Positions 12,296 to 28,100 are shown, counted from the first letter of the stretch. The stretch: 64,000 nucleotides of DNA from Dicyema japonicum (GCA_011109175.1 RDEW01000013.1:494558-558557); one strand, 5' to 3'. Notes: generated from the sequence alone by a model not told the origin. A program made the numbers and translations.

Positions 12296-12352
12296 TTTTT
12301 ATTGTTTTTACTTTTTTATCAAAATTTTGAGTTTAGCACTAAATTGGATTTC

Positions 12353-12660
12353 ATGTGGGGGAAACTGCATACATTCGTAGCAAACTGACACAACCTTTCT
12401 AGAAACTACCAAATACTTTGCTTAGTAATGGCCTGTTCTTTAATCAGGTGTGGTGATGTTGAACTTAACCCTGCACTAAAGTCAACATAACAAAATTTAA
12501 CTATACTCCATCTGAATTGACTTTACTACCTAACTTCCATCCATTCTGTGGATATTGCCATATTTAAAAAGGCAGATTACATCAGTCAAACACCACACTT
12601 CATGGGTTACTCTGTTATTCGTTCTGACTGCGCCTTTAGTAGACTGGGGTGTGTCACTTG
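12353..12660 (+). mobile_element. Decayed 5' end of an APE-type LINE with a 2A-like peptide
   Basis: Frame from ATG 12353: MWG...LIRCGDVELNPAL (one internal stop), then APE N-terminal relics LTILHLN, VDIAI, PHFMGYSVIRSD. Confidence 0.7.
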
Positions 12661-12687
12661 ATAAGCTTCCGCTTTTGTTAGTTACTT

Positions 12688-12825
12688 TATTATTATTGCA
12701 TCGGGATTAATTGGTTACGAGAAAAAGAATGGCTCATTTAACTAAGTGATCGCAGATTTATAAAGGGGAGGTTGAAATCAGTGAGACGGGCATCCGCTCG
12801 GAGAGTTGAACATCCAAGAGTCAAA
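12688..12825 (-). mobile_element. Vingi-like 3' end remnant
   Basis: GATCACTTAGTTAAATGAG...pyrimidine loop...TAATAATAAA tail, as in 63093-63170. Confidence 0.55.
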
Positions 12826-12827
12826 TA

Positions 12828-15130
12828 CAGTAAACTCCCTTAAATTGGCGCAAATTTGTTCCTGAACTATTTGTGGCCAATTTGAGAATTTGGCCAATAT
12901 AAGAATTTGAAACACCTGGGTATTTCATTTTTTGAAATCATAACTGGCTTTAATATATTGGTTATATTTATGTATGTTGTCCAATTAAGTCGTGTCCGAC
13001 CCTTGGAGATCTCATGAACTAGTTTCCTCCACTCTCCCCGATCCGTCGCAATTTGGAGTAGCCTTGATATAGGCACTCCCGTGATGTCATCCACCATGGA
13101 TAGCCACCAAGTCCTCGATCGACCAGGTCTTCTATTCCCAGTAATATTGCTTAGCATAATGGTTCTTTCCAGGGAATCAGAGCGGACAACATGCCCAAAG
13201 AACGCCAATCTGTGTTTTACGATTTTTCCTTTTAACGAAATATCCGTCTCCATCCGTTTGAGTACATCGGTGTTTGTTATTTTGGAAGTCCAAGGGATTC
13301 TTAGTAACCTCCTCCTACACCACAGCTCAAAAGCATCAATTTTTCGTCTATCCGCCTTTTTCAGTATCCATGATTCTGCGCCGTATAGAAAAGCCGAGAA
13401 CACGATTGCATTAACCAGTCTGTATTTGGTCCTTAAGCAAATATCTTTGCTTTTCCAAATTCTATTCATTCTCTGGAAGGGATGGTAATTCGCCTCTTGA
13501 TTTCCAAGCCTCCGTCACCATTCCGATTAATTAGACATCCCAGAAAGACAACATTATCGCAACTCTCTATTTTCTCATTCCCAATTTTTAGTTCCATTAT
13601 TCCATTATTAGCAATAGTCATAATTTTGGTCTTCTTGATATTTAGCAATAAACCAAAGACGGCGCTCTCTTCTCTGAATCTTAGAATCAACTCCCTGAGG
13701 TCATCCTCTGTTTCAGCCGGTAAGGTTGTATCGTCAGCATAGCGCAAATTATTGATGTTCCTGCCTCCAATTTTAATCCCGTTATTTGATACATTATCCA
13801 ATTTAGTCATGATCATTTCGGCATAAATATTGAATAGGAGATAATAAGCATCCATGTCTTACTCCTTTACAAATTTTGAACCAATCGGTATCTCCATACA
13901 CTGTTCTAACAGTAGCTTCTTGATCCTTATAAAGAGATTTGATAAGCAATATCAGATGGGGATCGAATCCAAAATCTTTTAAAACAGACCACAGCTTGTA
14001 AACGGAATCAAAAGCTTTCCGATAGTCAATGAAGCACATGTATGCACTCTTATGTGATTCATGGGCTTTCTCCATAATCCACCGGACATTTGCTATATGG
14101 TCACGTGTGCGTCGTCCCTTCCTGAATCCTGGTTGGATATCTGGTAGAATCATTTTGGCATTTGGCATTAGCCGATGTTGCATTATCTTTATAAGTATTT
14201 TGCTGACGTGGGGAATTAAGGCTATTGTACGATAGTTTGAACAGTCCTTGCTATCCCCTTTTTTTCGGTATTGGAATAAATATAGATCTTTTCCACTCAC
14301 GTGGCCAAATACCAGTTTCCCAAATTTTTTGACATAGACTGGTGATGACTGTCACCGGTATATCCTTCAACAATTCGCTTGAGATGTTGTCAATCCCCGG
14401 TGCCTTGTTCCTCGTTAATTGCTGTGTAGCCCACACGCATTCTTCCTCAAGGATTTTATGCCCCTCACCCAACGTTGCTTCATCAACACATATGGGTGGA
14501 CACACAGTTTCTGAATATATCCGTTCCGTATATTCTCTCCAACGATTTCGGATGTTCTGTTAGCTTAGCAATTCAACACCTTCCTTGTCCTTGATTTTGC
14601 CCATCATTTTCATATTTATACATAACATAATTGAAACCTGATCTTTGAATTTTTTATATCCCCAAATCGTGTTTTGCATATGCTCTTGGACGGAATCATT
14701 ATATAATAAAGTCGATTTGCTTGTCTTTGTCGAAGGAATAAATTTTTAGATGTTTTTAATATGGACTCAAGGGAATTAAGGAATATTATTTACTGTTTTC
14801 TTGAAATTCGAATATTAAATAAATCAGAAAATCTGTGAGTGATTATTCTATTCTCGTCTCAATATCTCAAAATTTCGATTTCTTGGAAACAATTAAGCCT
14901 TGACGATTAGCTTTCGAACACGTGGTAAAAAATTTTAGTCTGAAATTTTGATTTTTTAAATAAAATAATTGAAAAAGATTAATAAAAATAAATTTATGTT
15001 TTTAATAATGTGTGGGCAATTTGAGGATTGGCCAATTCCTTAGGAAAATTGGCTTTTTTGAAACCCTGACGTGAACTTTTAGCCATAAATTGGTCAATTT
15101 AGGGGTTGGCCAATTAGAGGGACTTTACTG
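12828..15130. mobile_element. Tigger/pogo-like (Tc1/mariner) non-autonomous element with a nested RTE
   Basis: TIRs CAGTAAACTCCCTTAAATTGGC / CAGTAAAGTCCCTCTAATTGGC, TA on both flanks, subterminal TTGGCCAAT repeats. Confidence 0.85.
12972..14611 (-). mobile_element. RTE-BovB-like LINE, 5'-truncated, frameshifted RT
   Basis: KAPGIDNI, NYRTIALIPH, FIDYRKAFDSV, KIGGRNINNLRYADDTTL. BovB-like terminus GGTCGGACACGACT with an ACAT tail. TSD ATATTTAT at 12964-12971 and 14612-14619. Confidence 0.92.
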
Positions 15131-15561
15131 TATATGTATCAATGTATTTGTCGAAGCCTTTCTAATCGGAGAGGTCAATTTGTGCTTTTAACTTCAAGAG
15201 GATCGGGTTATGGTCCCTAATCGTGTTGTATTCGATAGATCAGTTAATTAGTGGAGCCAACGATAGAAACGTTATAGAAAGGTCAGGGAATGATGGTTTA
15301 TCACTCAACATGTACTCTATAAAATGTTTATCTTTTTATATGATAATAATATAATTGTCAAAAATATTATAGAATATCAATCCATAGTGAGCATTCTAAA
15401 TGGTGAACCTGTACAGACATGGTCGATTATACCTCAAAGACGAAAAATTTGAAAAACACAGACTAGTTGTTTGGATTGACAAGACATCTTGCAAAGTTAA
15501 TGGATGAAGAATCAACTAAAAACTGGGAAAATTTATTAAACGAAGCACCTTTACATACAAC

Positions 15562-15747
15562 CAGAGCTGCGGAGTCGGAGTCGAGGGTTTTTTGTATAGT
15601 TGGAGTCGGAGTCAATGATAAAACAGTCGACTCCGATTCTTTTTGTTATTCTTACAACGTCTGAATTTTTTATATAATAACCGGAGTCGAAGAAATAATA
15701 TTTGAGGAGTTGGAATCGTGCTATATTTTACCGACTCCACAGCCCTG
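15562..15747. mobile_element. hAT-type MITE
   Basis: TIRs CAGAGCTGCGGAGTCGG / CCGACTCCACAGCCCTG, internal GGAGTC repeats, degenerate 8-bp TSD CATACAAC/CAAATAAC. Confidence 0.8.
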
Positions 15748-16329
15748 CAAATAACACCACAATTCATTCCTCCATAAATGAAACTCCATTTATAAAACTG
15801 AGGGGTTTCATGAATAAACACAGTCATTCGTGAATATAAAAGTTCATTATTTTTAATTTCATAGAAAATTAGAGTTCGGATGATGCTTTTCCACGATCAT
15901 CTGAGGATATTGACATGTTTCAGATGTTTCAGGTATTTATTGTGTAAAGTTTTCTTGAAAACTTAGATTAGATCATTTTGATCTTAATTTTTCAATTCTG
16001 AATTCAGTCTATTTTAAGCGTATGAACAAAAGAATGAACGTTAATCAATCAAAGTATGATTTTTTCTATTGGAAATGAGGTATTTTTAGTGAATAAATTT
16101 AGATACGAGTTTTAAAGGATTATGGGACAAATCCATCGCTAAAGTTGAGCAGATTTGAATCTCCATATGAAGAGCCAAGTAAAATTACTCAAATTTTGTC
16201 AAACAACCGAATAGAGGTTTATTTAATTTTTTATCACAGATTAAGGCAGGATCAGGAGAATTGAAAATAGTCAACATGAGTCGAGTCAAGAAAATATAGA
16301 CTTTTAAAAAATAAATTTTTTGATTAAAA

Positions 16330-16446
16330 ATCAGTTGAGGTATACCATCCAGGCATAAGGAGTCTGGATGGGAAAGAGCAAATGGTTCTTTTTGTTGTAT
16401 TACTACACTGAGCACCACCACAAAAAGGGAACCACATGACGCCACG
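16330..16446 (-). ncRNA. Isolated copy of the Vingi-like 5' pseudoknot module
   Basis: GGCGTCA-TG-TGGTTC-N11-TGGTGCT-CAGTG...AAAAA-GAACCA-TTTGCTC, then hairpin CCATCCAG/CTGGATGG. Confidence 0.65.
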
Positions 16447-17049
16447 TTTCATAATTTTTTTTAATCTTGATGTCTATTGACAGGTGACATGTCTATTGAC
16501 AGGTGAAATGTAACCAGCATTGGATGGGTAACCCTGGCGGGACGCGACATATTAAGACATCAACATAATGTCTTCTTGCCATGTTCATCAGCTCAATGAT
16601 CTTGTTCTTAAATAGCCTTGGGTACAATTCTGTTGGAGGATATAAAAATTTCTGATATTTTTTTAAACACAACCAAAACGATAGACCATGACATTTTCTG
16701 TGAAGGGCCGGTTTCCATTTAGAACTTTCCTTTAGTATTCAATTAGAAGATAAGGCCTAATTAGATGTAGGACTAAAACTCTTGAAATGCATAATGAACT
16801 AAATTTTTGAAGATTACAAATTTCCAAACTAAAAGAAAACAAACCAAGTCATTAACAGAACAGGACTAATAGTTTTAGTTACGGAAGATTAAGAATTGAT
16901 GTCAACCTTGATAACATAATTAAAAATGCAGTCAACTGCTCTGTTATCTAAATTAAAAAACTGGGATTAAAGCAGTTATTATATATTTCTAAAAACTGAC
17001 ATTATCTCTTTGGTGTAGAAACAATCAACTATTATTCTTTATGAAATCA

Positions 17050-17640
17050 ATTTTCTGATTTTAAAAGTAACTTTTCGGTTGCTAAAACGACCCCTATCGT
17101 TTGGATTGGAAGGGATGAGGAATATCAGTCGAGACAGTCATAATAATTTTTCTTTAGGGATTTTCATAGTAACAGGGATGGTCTGGGTTGTAAGTTTGGG
17201 AGAGAAATTGCGAGCTGTCATTTCATAATTTTCTGAAATGGAAAGGATTTTTGATTCTCAGTAAAGATGATCAATAGAGGGATTGATTTGAGACATCCAG
17301 TAATTGTTCTGAGCGCGAGGGAGGCAAAAGTTGACTAACAGAGACATGGTAAATTTTGGTTCGAATGAATTGTTTATGATGGTTGTCTTATTTGCTATAC
17401 CCGAAACAATGGCAGCACTATGTTTATTTTTTGAGAAGCCTTTGTAAAGTGTTCCTCCACATGTTTTGAGAAAGATAGTAGTTGGTCGAAAATGACTCCA
17501 AGTATTTTGAGATGTTTCGTAACTGGAAGTGATTCTCAATGAATTGTTATAATAGGTTGAAAAGCAGCGGTTTGATGTGAATACAGTGACTGCAGATTTC
17601 AATAAATTTGGAGAAATATGAATTACGCAAACCACTTTTC
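17050..17640 (-). mobile_element. Degraded Vingi-like RT C-terminal region
   Basis: Relic frames KILGVIFDQLLSFSKHVEE and ASLALRTITGCLKS. Confidence 0.7.
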
Positions 17641-17659
17641 AGGAGATCAATAATATGAC

Positions 17660-17879
17660 TTATTATTATTAAACGCACGTTCACAGAACCAAAGAATGTT
17701 ATATTAACTAAGGTACCTTTTGTGCAACACGATTTAAGATCCTTTCACTAGGCGTCTCCGCAGCCTCTGTCCACTGCATGTGATCGTAGGTCTTCTAGGT
17801 CATCTGTACATTCGAGTTTCTTTCCAATTAGTTTGAGAGTTCTGTTGAGGCCACAGGGAGAGTGAACCTCGGCTTTCTT
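17660..17879 (-). mobile_element. RTE-clade 3' end with (TAA)n tail
   Basis: PRFTLPVASTELSN, then tail TTGGTTCTGTGAACGTGCGTT(TAA)n. Confidence 0.6.
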
Positions 17880-17891
17880 ATCACTTTTCTT

Positions 17892-18069
17892 ATTATTATT
17901 AAGACACTTTGACGAAAGCAATAATGTTTATACATGTGCAACACTCAAAACAATATTTAGTGTTAATCTATTCCAGTTTCGTTAGTTCTTTAAAGGAACT
18001 TCCCAAGTCCCAGCGTTGTATAGTAGGACTGGTTTCACAAAGACGTTGTAGAGCCTGCATCTGATGTCA
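17892..18069 (-). mobile_element. Internally deleted RTE insertion with 12-bp TSD
   Basis: TSD ATCACTTTTCTT at 17880-17891 and 18070-18081. Body = DIRCRLYNVFVKPVLLYNAGTWGSSFKEL joined to the 3' tail of the 43 kb RTE family. Confidence 0.85.
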
Positions 18070-18197
18070 ATCACTTTTCTTGTTTTAATAAAAATCATTA
18101 ACTTAGTAGTGTTTCTGATAATTAAATAAGAGTATATAAAAATCTATTAAAAAATTAATAAATTAAAATATAAATTAAAATTATTCACGTTGTTAGT

Positions 18198-21489
<3,292 letters not shown>

Positions 21490-21538
21490 TTTCTTGTGTT
21501 CTTGTTACGGATTTTCTTTTTTAATCAACTCTCTAAGG

Positions 21539-22412
21539 AAGTGATTCTCAACCTTTAGGAACCCTTTTAGGCTAATTTATTTTTTGCGGAACCTTTCCAA
21601 TTCAATTATTACAATATTCAATTGATGTTAGATTTGCTGATATTACTTCGAATAAATTTTGAACCCAGTCGTCATCAAATTTATCTGGAAAATATTTCAC
21701 AATGTTGTCATCCAAAATTGTTAAATGATATTTGATGTCATTAAGTAATGCATCGTCCAATACGCATTCTTATTCATCAAATACAAACGGCAATGTTATT
21801 TTTATTTACGAGTGACCGCCAAAATTCAATTTTCCGATTTAAGGCCATTACTTTATCGTTGAAATTAAAATAAAGTTAATATTTTCCTTGTAGCAATAAT
21901 GTAAATTTATTCAGTTTATCATAAATCAATTCTCTGTAAACGAAGATTGTTTTCCAAATTTTTGTAAATTGGATAATTTTGGTTTTTGAAATACACAACA
22001 GGCTCGTTTCCGAAAACGTTCTAATACCCCACGTGACAACCATCTTATTTCTTTATGGATGATCTTTTTTGAACATGGTTTTATGAGATTTTCGGCAATT
22101 ATATGTACCTCTTCACAACGTTCAACAAAATAACTCACCTGTTTAATTATTATTATGTACTTCATAAGATGCTCTAGTCCATTTTAAGTTGTCGTCTTTA
22201 GCAAAATTAAAAATTTCCAACTTGCGTAGATGCATTCAATATTTTTTTGAATTCCATGCAATTATTGTTTCTCATTAAAAATCTTATAAAAATAAACAAG
22301 ATATAAGCGTGGATGTTTAATATATTTTAATAATTGAAAACTATTATTAAATAATTTATAATAAATTTCGCGGAAACCTGGAGTTCTCAGGAACCTAAAT
22401 TGGGAACTACTG
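21539..22412 (-). mobile_element. hAT Buster/Charlie-type deletion derivative
   Basis: 8-bp TSD CTCTAAGG/CTCTAAGC with central TA. TIR-like AGTGATTCTCAA / TTGGGAACTACTG. Transposase relics IAENLIKPC and HKEIRWLSRG. Confidence 0.85.
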
Positions 22413-22559
22413 CTCTAAGCGATTTATTTTCATACTTTTAGGATTTGACTTTGTTTGGAATATAATAATAAAATATATATGTTTTAGTTTGAAAGAATGA
22501 AGCTAATTTCAGGGGCCTTCTTGGGAAATCAGATAACAAGATTAGCATGATGGAGGCAT

Positions 22560-23975
22560 GACAGTCGTCTCTGGGGCTGGATGATGTCAAGAGAAATCTT
22601 ATTGTCGAAAACCATAATGTTTGTGATCATGCTTTCCCAACCAATTTGTGTTCTCTTTCAGCCATCATCGAAGATTTCACTTGTCTCTCTGAAGCTAGAA
22701 GGATGTCTGGAATAGTTTATGTTGCGAAACATAGATTTGGGAGGATCCCTAGAGGTGGATGGGGCCTTATCCTTAATCAGCTCAATGCGAAATATTCGAA
22801 GAGTTCATTTCTGTGTCAGCTGAAAAAGATGGTCAAACAAATAAAATTTCAGAAAGTTTCTAGAACTTAAGTTCCAAATTAAGTCAATCCCGAGGGATTC
22901 TTGAAAACCAACACCCAAAATTCAGATTAAGTATATCAGAGTTAATATCCTGTTGGGACTAAATTCTGCTATTTATTATATTACGTAAGATGACCCTCCT
23001 CAAGATGAGATAACCTATATTATTTACGCAGTGTGCATATATGGCTTTAACTGCCAAGGTTAAGCCGCAGAGTACGTGGTTGGAGATCGTGAGAAGATCT
23101 CAAATCTGTCAGCAGAACTAGAACTTGTCAATCGATTTTCCAGACAGGCTCTCCCTGTGTGTGAAAAACAAATGGTTATGGAAGTTATTTTTGGCTATAA
23201 ATACAGAAGCGCGTAAAAGGGCGAGCTTGACAAGATTGAAGCTTTACTATGTGACCTGATCAGAATTAAGAAAAAGCAAATAGCTTTACATTATTTGAAG
23301 AAGGACTTCTATAAGGACAACTGTTGTTTGAATTAAATCTAAGAAGATTTTATCGAACCTATTAGCCAGCAATACGTTATACGGTTTCGATGATGAGGAG
23401 TGTATATCATTTCCGGGAATGAGTGTGGTCTAAAAGAAATGAGATGCCTGTATCATATGACTGTGTTGGTAAAGTAAATACTGGTGTCGAGGGCATGTTG
23501 TCAGATTTCACGAATAAATTTATCTTGGATGTTATTAAATGGCTCCCTGACTGGAAGGTGTGTGGATGGGATCTTTATTAAGAAAGTGGAATCTACATGG
23601 TTTTTTAAGTACTGAGATTAATTGGATTATTAATGGGAATATATGCCTGAAATTTGGTTTATACTGAAATAATTTATTTAATGCATAAAAAAGATGATTG
23701 TTACGTTTTATTACGTGCAATTAACTTGTTTAATGCCAAAATTACAGATTTTGTGAATCGTTTGGTCTATTATCAGACAATCAGCTGGAGACTAGGAAAC
23801 ATTGCCATGGCGCTAAGACGCCATTTATTTTGCTTGGTTTGGTATGAGGAAGACCTTTGATTCTGTCGACCATGAATTTTTATTTTATGTATTGGACTGT
23901 TCTGAAACACCTCACTGGATTGTTAACTTAGTAAAGACCATAGTCAAGAAGTGGATTGCAAATCTTCAATTTTTG
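22560..23975 (+). mobile_element. Heavily degraded R4/Dong-like LINE
   Basis: N-terminal AKHRFGRIPRGGW (also at the window end); RT relics WLPDWKVCG and TFDSVDHEFL...PHWIV similar to the 40 kb R4 copy. Confidence 0.7.
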
Positions 23976-23979
23976 ACTG

Positions 23980-25140
23980 TAAATCTCAGTCAATTTATTT
24001 CGATATTTATTTATTATGTGAATAATTTTACTGAAAATTGATTCACATAAATTTTCCCAAACATTGAGTTTATAAGCATTTGTAAGTATATTCGGATATT
24101 TTTCTTTTGGAAGTAAACTATAAAATTCCATCAAATTATCAATCTTGAGAACTGAGGTAAACATCTGATTGAAGATCTATCAATTCCAATTGGGATGATG
24201 GTAGAGCATTCTTAGGATTTATATTAAAAGGTCCTGCAAAAATTTTCATTGATGGCAAAATTTCATCAAAATTCTTAAAATAAACATAATCTAAACAAGC
24301 CTTAGAGCTTTTTTCAAATTCTACAATAAGGTGATAAAGGCAGTATATTTTTAAAATGAACCGCTGGCTTTATTTTCGCTTAAAAGAGTGAAATGGTCGT
24401 ATTTTTGAGTGCTATTTGATCTCTCCAAAGATTTAACATAAAAGAAGCAATTGATCCATACAGTTGATGACAAAATTTGTATTGCCCCTGTAGTTCACAA
24501 TTCAACGAGGATAAAATGATAGATCGACCCAAAAAAGCTGAATCGGCAATCCACTCCTTGCTGTTCAACATGATATTTGTGGTCTTTAACAAATTATCTT
24601 ATTGAGGGAGTAGTTCATAAAATATACGTTTTATTCGAACTTTAAGCCACAAGGAACGACTAAACCATCGAACTGTGGTATGATAAAGCACATCACTATG
24701 GACTGTGTCAATTTACATTAATATTTTTTAAATCTCCTGTGATTGAGAAATTTACCACGTTCACAATAGACAACACCGTACTTATTACGTTTGCATTTTA
24801 GGTGACTTTGCTATAATATTCTCCTGATGTATGAGACAATGCTGCCAATATATAGGATCAAGATTTTTTTCAAGTCTCCATTCAGAAATAAGTCACTAAA
24901 CCCTTTATTACGACCAATCATATTGACCCCCCATGAGTACAAATAGAAATTAATTTCGAAGGATCAATGTCAAATTCTTTAATACTTTCAAGGAATTTGT
25001 TAAGCACATCAATTCCTATTGTAAAGCCTTTTAATGAACGAAGAAAAAAAAATTCTTCATAAATTTTAAAATCCGAAGTGACACCTCTTGTGCATATTAT
25101 TTTTATAGGCACGTACGTGATGCCAAGATCATGACAAAGA
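23980..25140 (-). mobile_element. hAT (SPIN/GTF2IRD2-like) transposase remnant
   Basis: RGVTSDFKIYEEF, KLISICTHGG (TDG motif decayed), YHTTVRW, LNCELQGQ, FYSLLPKEKYPN, CESIFS. Confidence 0.75.
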
Positions 25141-25149
25141 ATTTGCAAC

Positions 25150-28100
25150 ACGAAAGGTAATTAACATCACCCATCTTTTTCGATCCATTGCCGTAGCATA
25201 TCTAGACCATCCCCATCTTAAAGGCACTTAATCTTCCTGAGATCTTCATCTAGGATTACCGGCAGTGTTGTCCTCGGCCGGCCACGGAAACGCGAAGCCT
25301 CTAAAATAAAATACTCCTACATTGCTATGTTGGTAGGAGTCTCCATCGTGTCGAGTAAGTGTCCAAACAGCCTCCATCTTGAATCAGTAATATCACATGA
25401 TATTGGCTCAGTTCCAGTTCTTTTGTATAAGATTTCGGACTGGAAGAAAGAAGTGCTCGGAGATGATTTCTGTGGAAAGAATTCAACTTTTTGAGTTTCT
25501 GCTTTGTACATGCCTATGTACCGGCATTATATAATAGGATTGGCCTCACTAAGGCATTGTATAGTCTCATTCGAGTTTTAGTGTCAAGCCCTTTTTGCAG
25601 AAGCCAAGTCTTCTTCATTTTGTTGAATGCGACGTTAGATAGTGTCTTTATTCTTGTTATATCTTCGGTGACACCGAGATGGGATCCTATTTTTTGATCT
25701 GCGTCAGTGCTCCTAGGTCCTTTCCTTACTTCTTTTTAGCTCCGTGATTTCGGTTTTGTTTGTGTTTACTTTTAATGACCATTCAGCCATTTTGTCATGC
25801 ATTTTCTCAAAAAGTGTAATTAACTCTTTTGTCATTCGAAATAAAGTCCACGTCATCCGCATATGCTATTATGCTCTTTCCTTCTCCGATATGAGGCTTC
25901 AAGTCTCGTAGAACTGCCTTCAGATAAATAATAAACAAATCTGGGATAATGGATTTCCTTGAGGGGTACCAATTGTCGTTTCAAATGTCTTCGATAAAGC
26001 TTTCCTAGTCCTGATCATCAAACTTGTGTCCTTCAAGAGTGTCCTGACCATCCTAATCGTTGAGCCGTCCAAGAAGTGCTCCAGTATTTGCAGAACTTGT
26101 TCCTGTTGACGTAATCAAAGGCCTTTGACATATCAATCCCATATTGGTTGTCGTTATTTTAAATTTTTGAACAGTCGCACTTCTCCATTTGTGGCTCCGA
26201 ATAACATCTGAGTTAATCTCCCTTTGCGGAAGCCACTTTGATAAGCCGACAGGTACGAGTCTAGGCGTCCCTCAATTCTTTGAAGCGAAATATTGGATAG
26301 TATCTTCTGCAATGTGTTGGTTAAGACCACTGGTCTTAAGTTCTCAACTTTCCCCGCTTTTTTGTTTGGTTTCTTTACTGGTCCTTCTCTAAGTAGCAAG
26401 GTGGTTCCTTTACTATACGTTTCGTTTAGAATCCAGGCAATTATCTTGTATAGTTTTTGCGTTCCATATTTAAAAATTAACTATATAAGCCATCTGAACC
26501 GGGACTCTATTGTCTTTCACTTTGAAACTTGCTGTCATCACTTCTTCCAAAGTTATTTCTTCGTCTAATTTTCCCTGATCCGTGTTAATTGTGAGTTTTT
26601 TTGCTATTTTTGATACGAATTGTGCTTCAAAATAGTCCGCTATAAGTTCTGTAACTTCTTGTTGGTTAGCAATATGTTTTCCTTCTTCATCTCGTAAAGT
26701 CAGTGTTTTCCTTAGTAGTTTTCTGATTTACCCGACAGCTTCATAAAACTTTGCATTGTATTATTATTATTACCCCCAGGATCACTGGGTCAAAAAGAAA
26801 GAAATAAAAGTTCTCATCTAACTAAGTGATCCCAGACCGACAAAGGAGAGGATGAGTCCGGCGGGGTCAAAAGTCCTGAACAGCCCTTCTCATTGGACAT
26901 GACATCGGCTCAAAATTTCTGTATGATTGTAGATATTTCGATAGTGTATGGAATAGAGGGCAGCTCCGTAAACTAGCCTCTTTTAAGAGTTTCCTTTGTA
27001 ATTAGATTAAGAAATTTTCAATGGGCTGGATTTTGTTTTCTGGTCCAATTAACCTTATTGCAGTCTCCTCGATTGCGGATAGTTTCAATGAGGAGGATCG
27101 TGAAATCTGCATTGCCCATGAAGGACTTGCATACGTCATCGTTGGTCAGATAAATTGTTCATAAATCGTGGCAAGGACACCTGTTTGGTTTTTAAGTGTT
27201 TTTGAGAGCATTTTTAAAATTCTCATTTTCTTCAGAGCAGAAGTTACTTTGTTTATAACATGTCGGATAAAGGTGAGTCCCTGATCAAAGGTAACTCCCA
27301 GAATCTTCGGTGTTTTGTTGATAGGAATAGCCTCGTTCTTCATAAAGATTTTTGGTTCGTTACATAGCTGTCTTTTGTAAGTGGTAAACAGCGTGAAAGA
27401 GGACTTTATTGCTGATGTGTCGAGTCTCCGCTTCGAAAGCCATAGTTCCAGCTTTTCAAGCATTTGTTGAGCGGACTGAGTCGCTGATTCTGTCCTTGAA
27501 GGCAAGAATGATATCGTCGGCATAGGAGAGGATTAGGCAGTTTTCATTACAGGTTTGTGGCATGTCGTTTATTTAGATATTGAAGAGTTGGGGTGATAGT
27601 GGGGAGCCTTGAGGGACTCCATTTGGGAAGTAACGAGATCTTAATGTTGTTTCAGAGTACTTGTGCTCGTCTTCCATTTAAGAAATTCCAAGCCAAAGTT
27701 TCAAGTTCGAATGAATGTTGGTTTCAAATATTTTTGTTGTAAGGAGTTTCCTAAGGACTGAGTCGAACGCTTTTGTGATCTCCACGGATAGAATCCGTGT
27801 TGGGTCGGAGGTATTGAGATTGAGTCTTGTATTTTTTCCAAAACAAGCCTTTCAAGTATCTTTGAGACCGGACTTAGGATAGATATTGGGCGGTAGGAAG
27901 ATGGTTCATCTTTTGGTTTGTTGGGTTTTTAAATAGGTCTGATTAGAGACTTCTTCCATATTTCAGGGATTGTATTTGTGTTAATGGATAGGTTGAAGAT
28001 ATAGGCTAATAGTTCCAGGGTTCGATGGCCTAGGTGCTTCAGTTCACATGTGGTTATGTTGTCTGGTCCTTTGGCCTCTGAGTTGTTGGCTTTGGGTATG

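Noticed and set aside
15330-16300. Possible additional mini-intron gene (several GT...AG-like AT-rich segments)
   Set aside because: I could not build a continuous frame or recognise a product; RNA-seq is needed.
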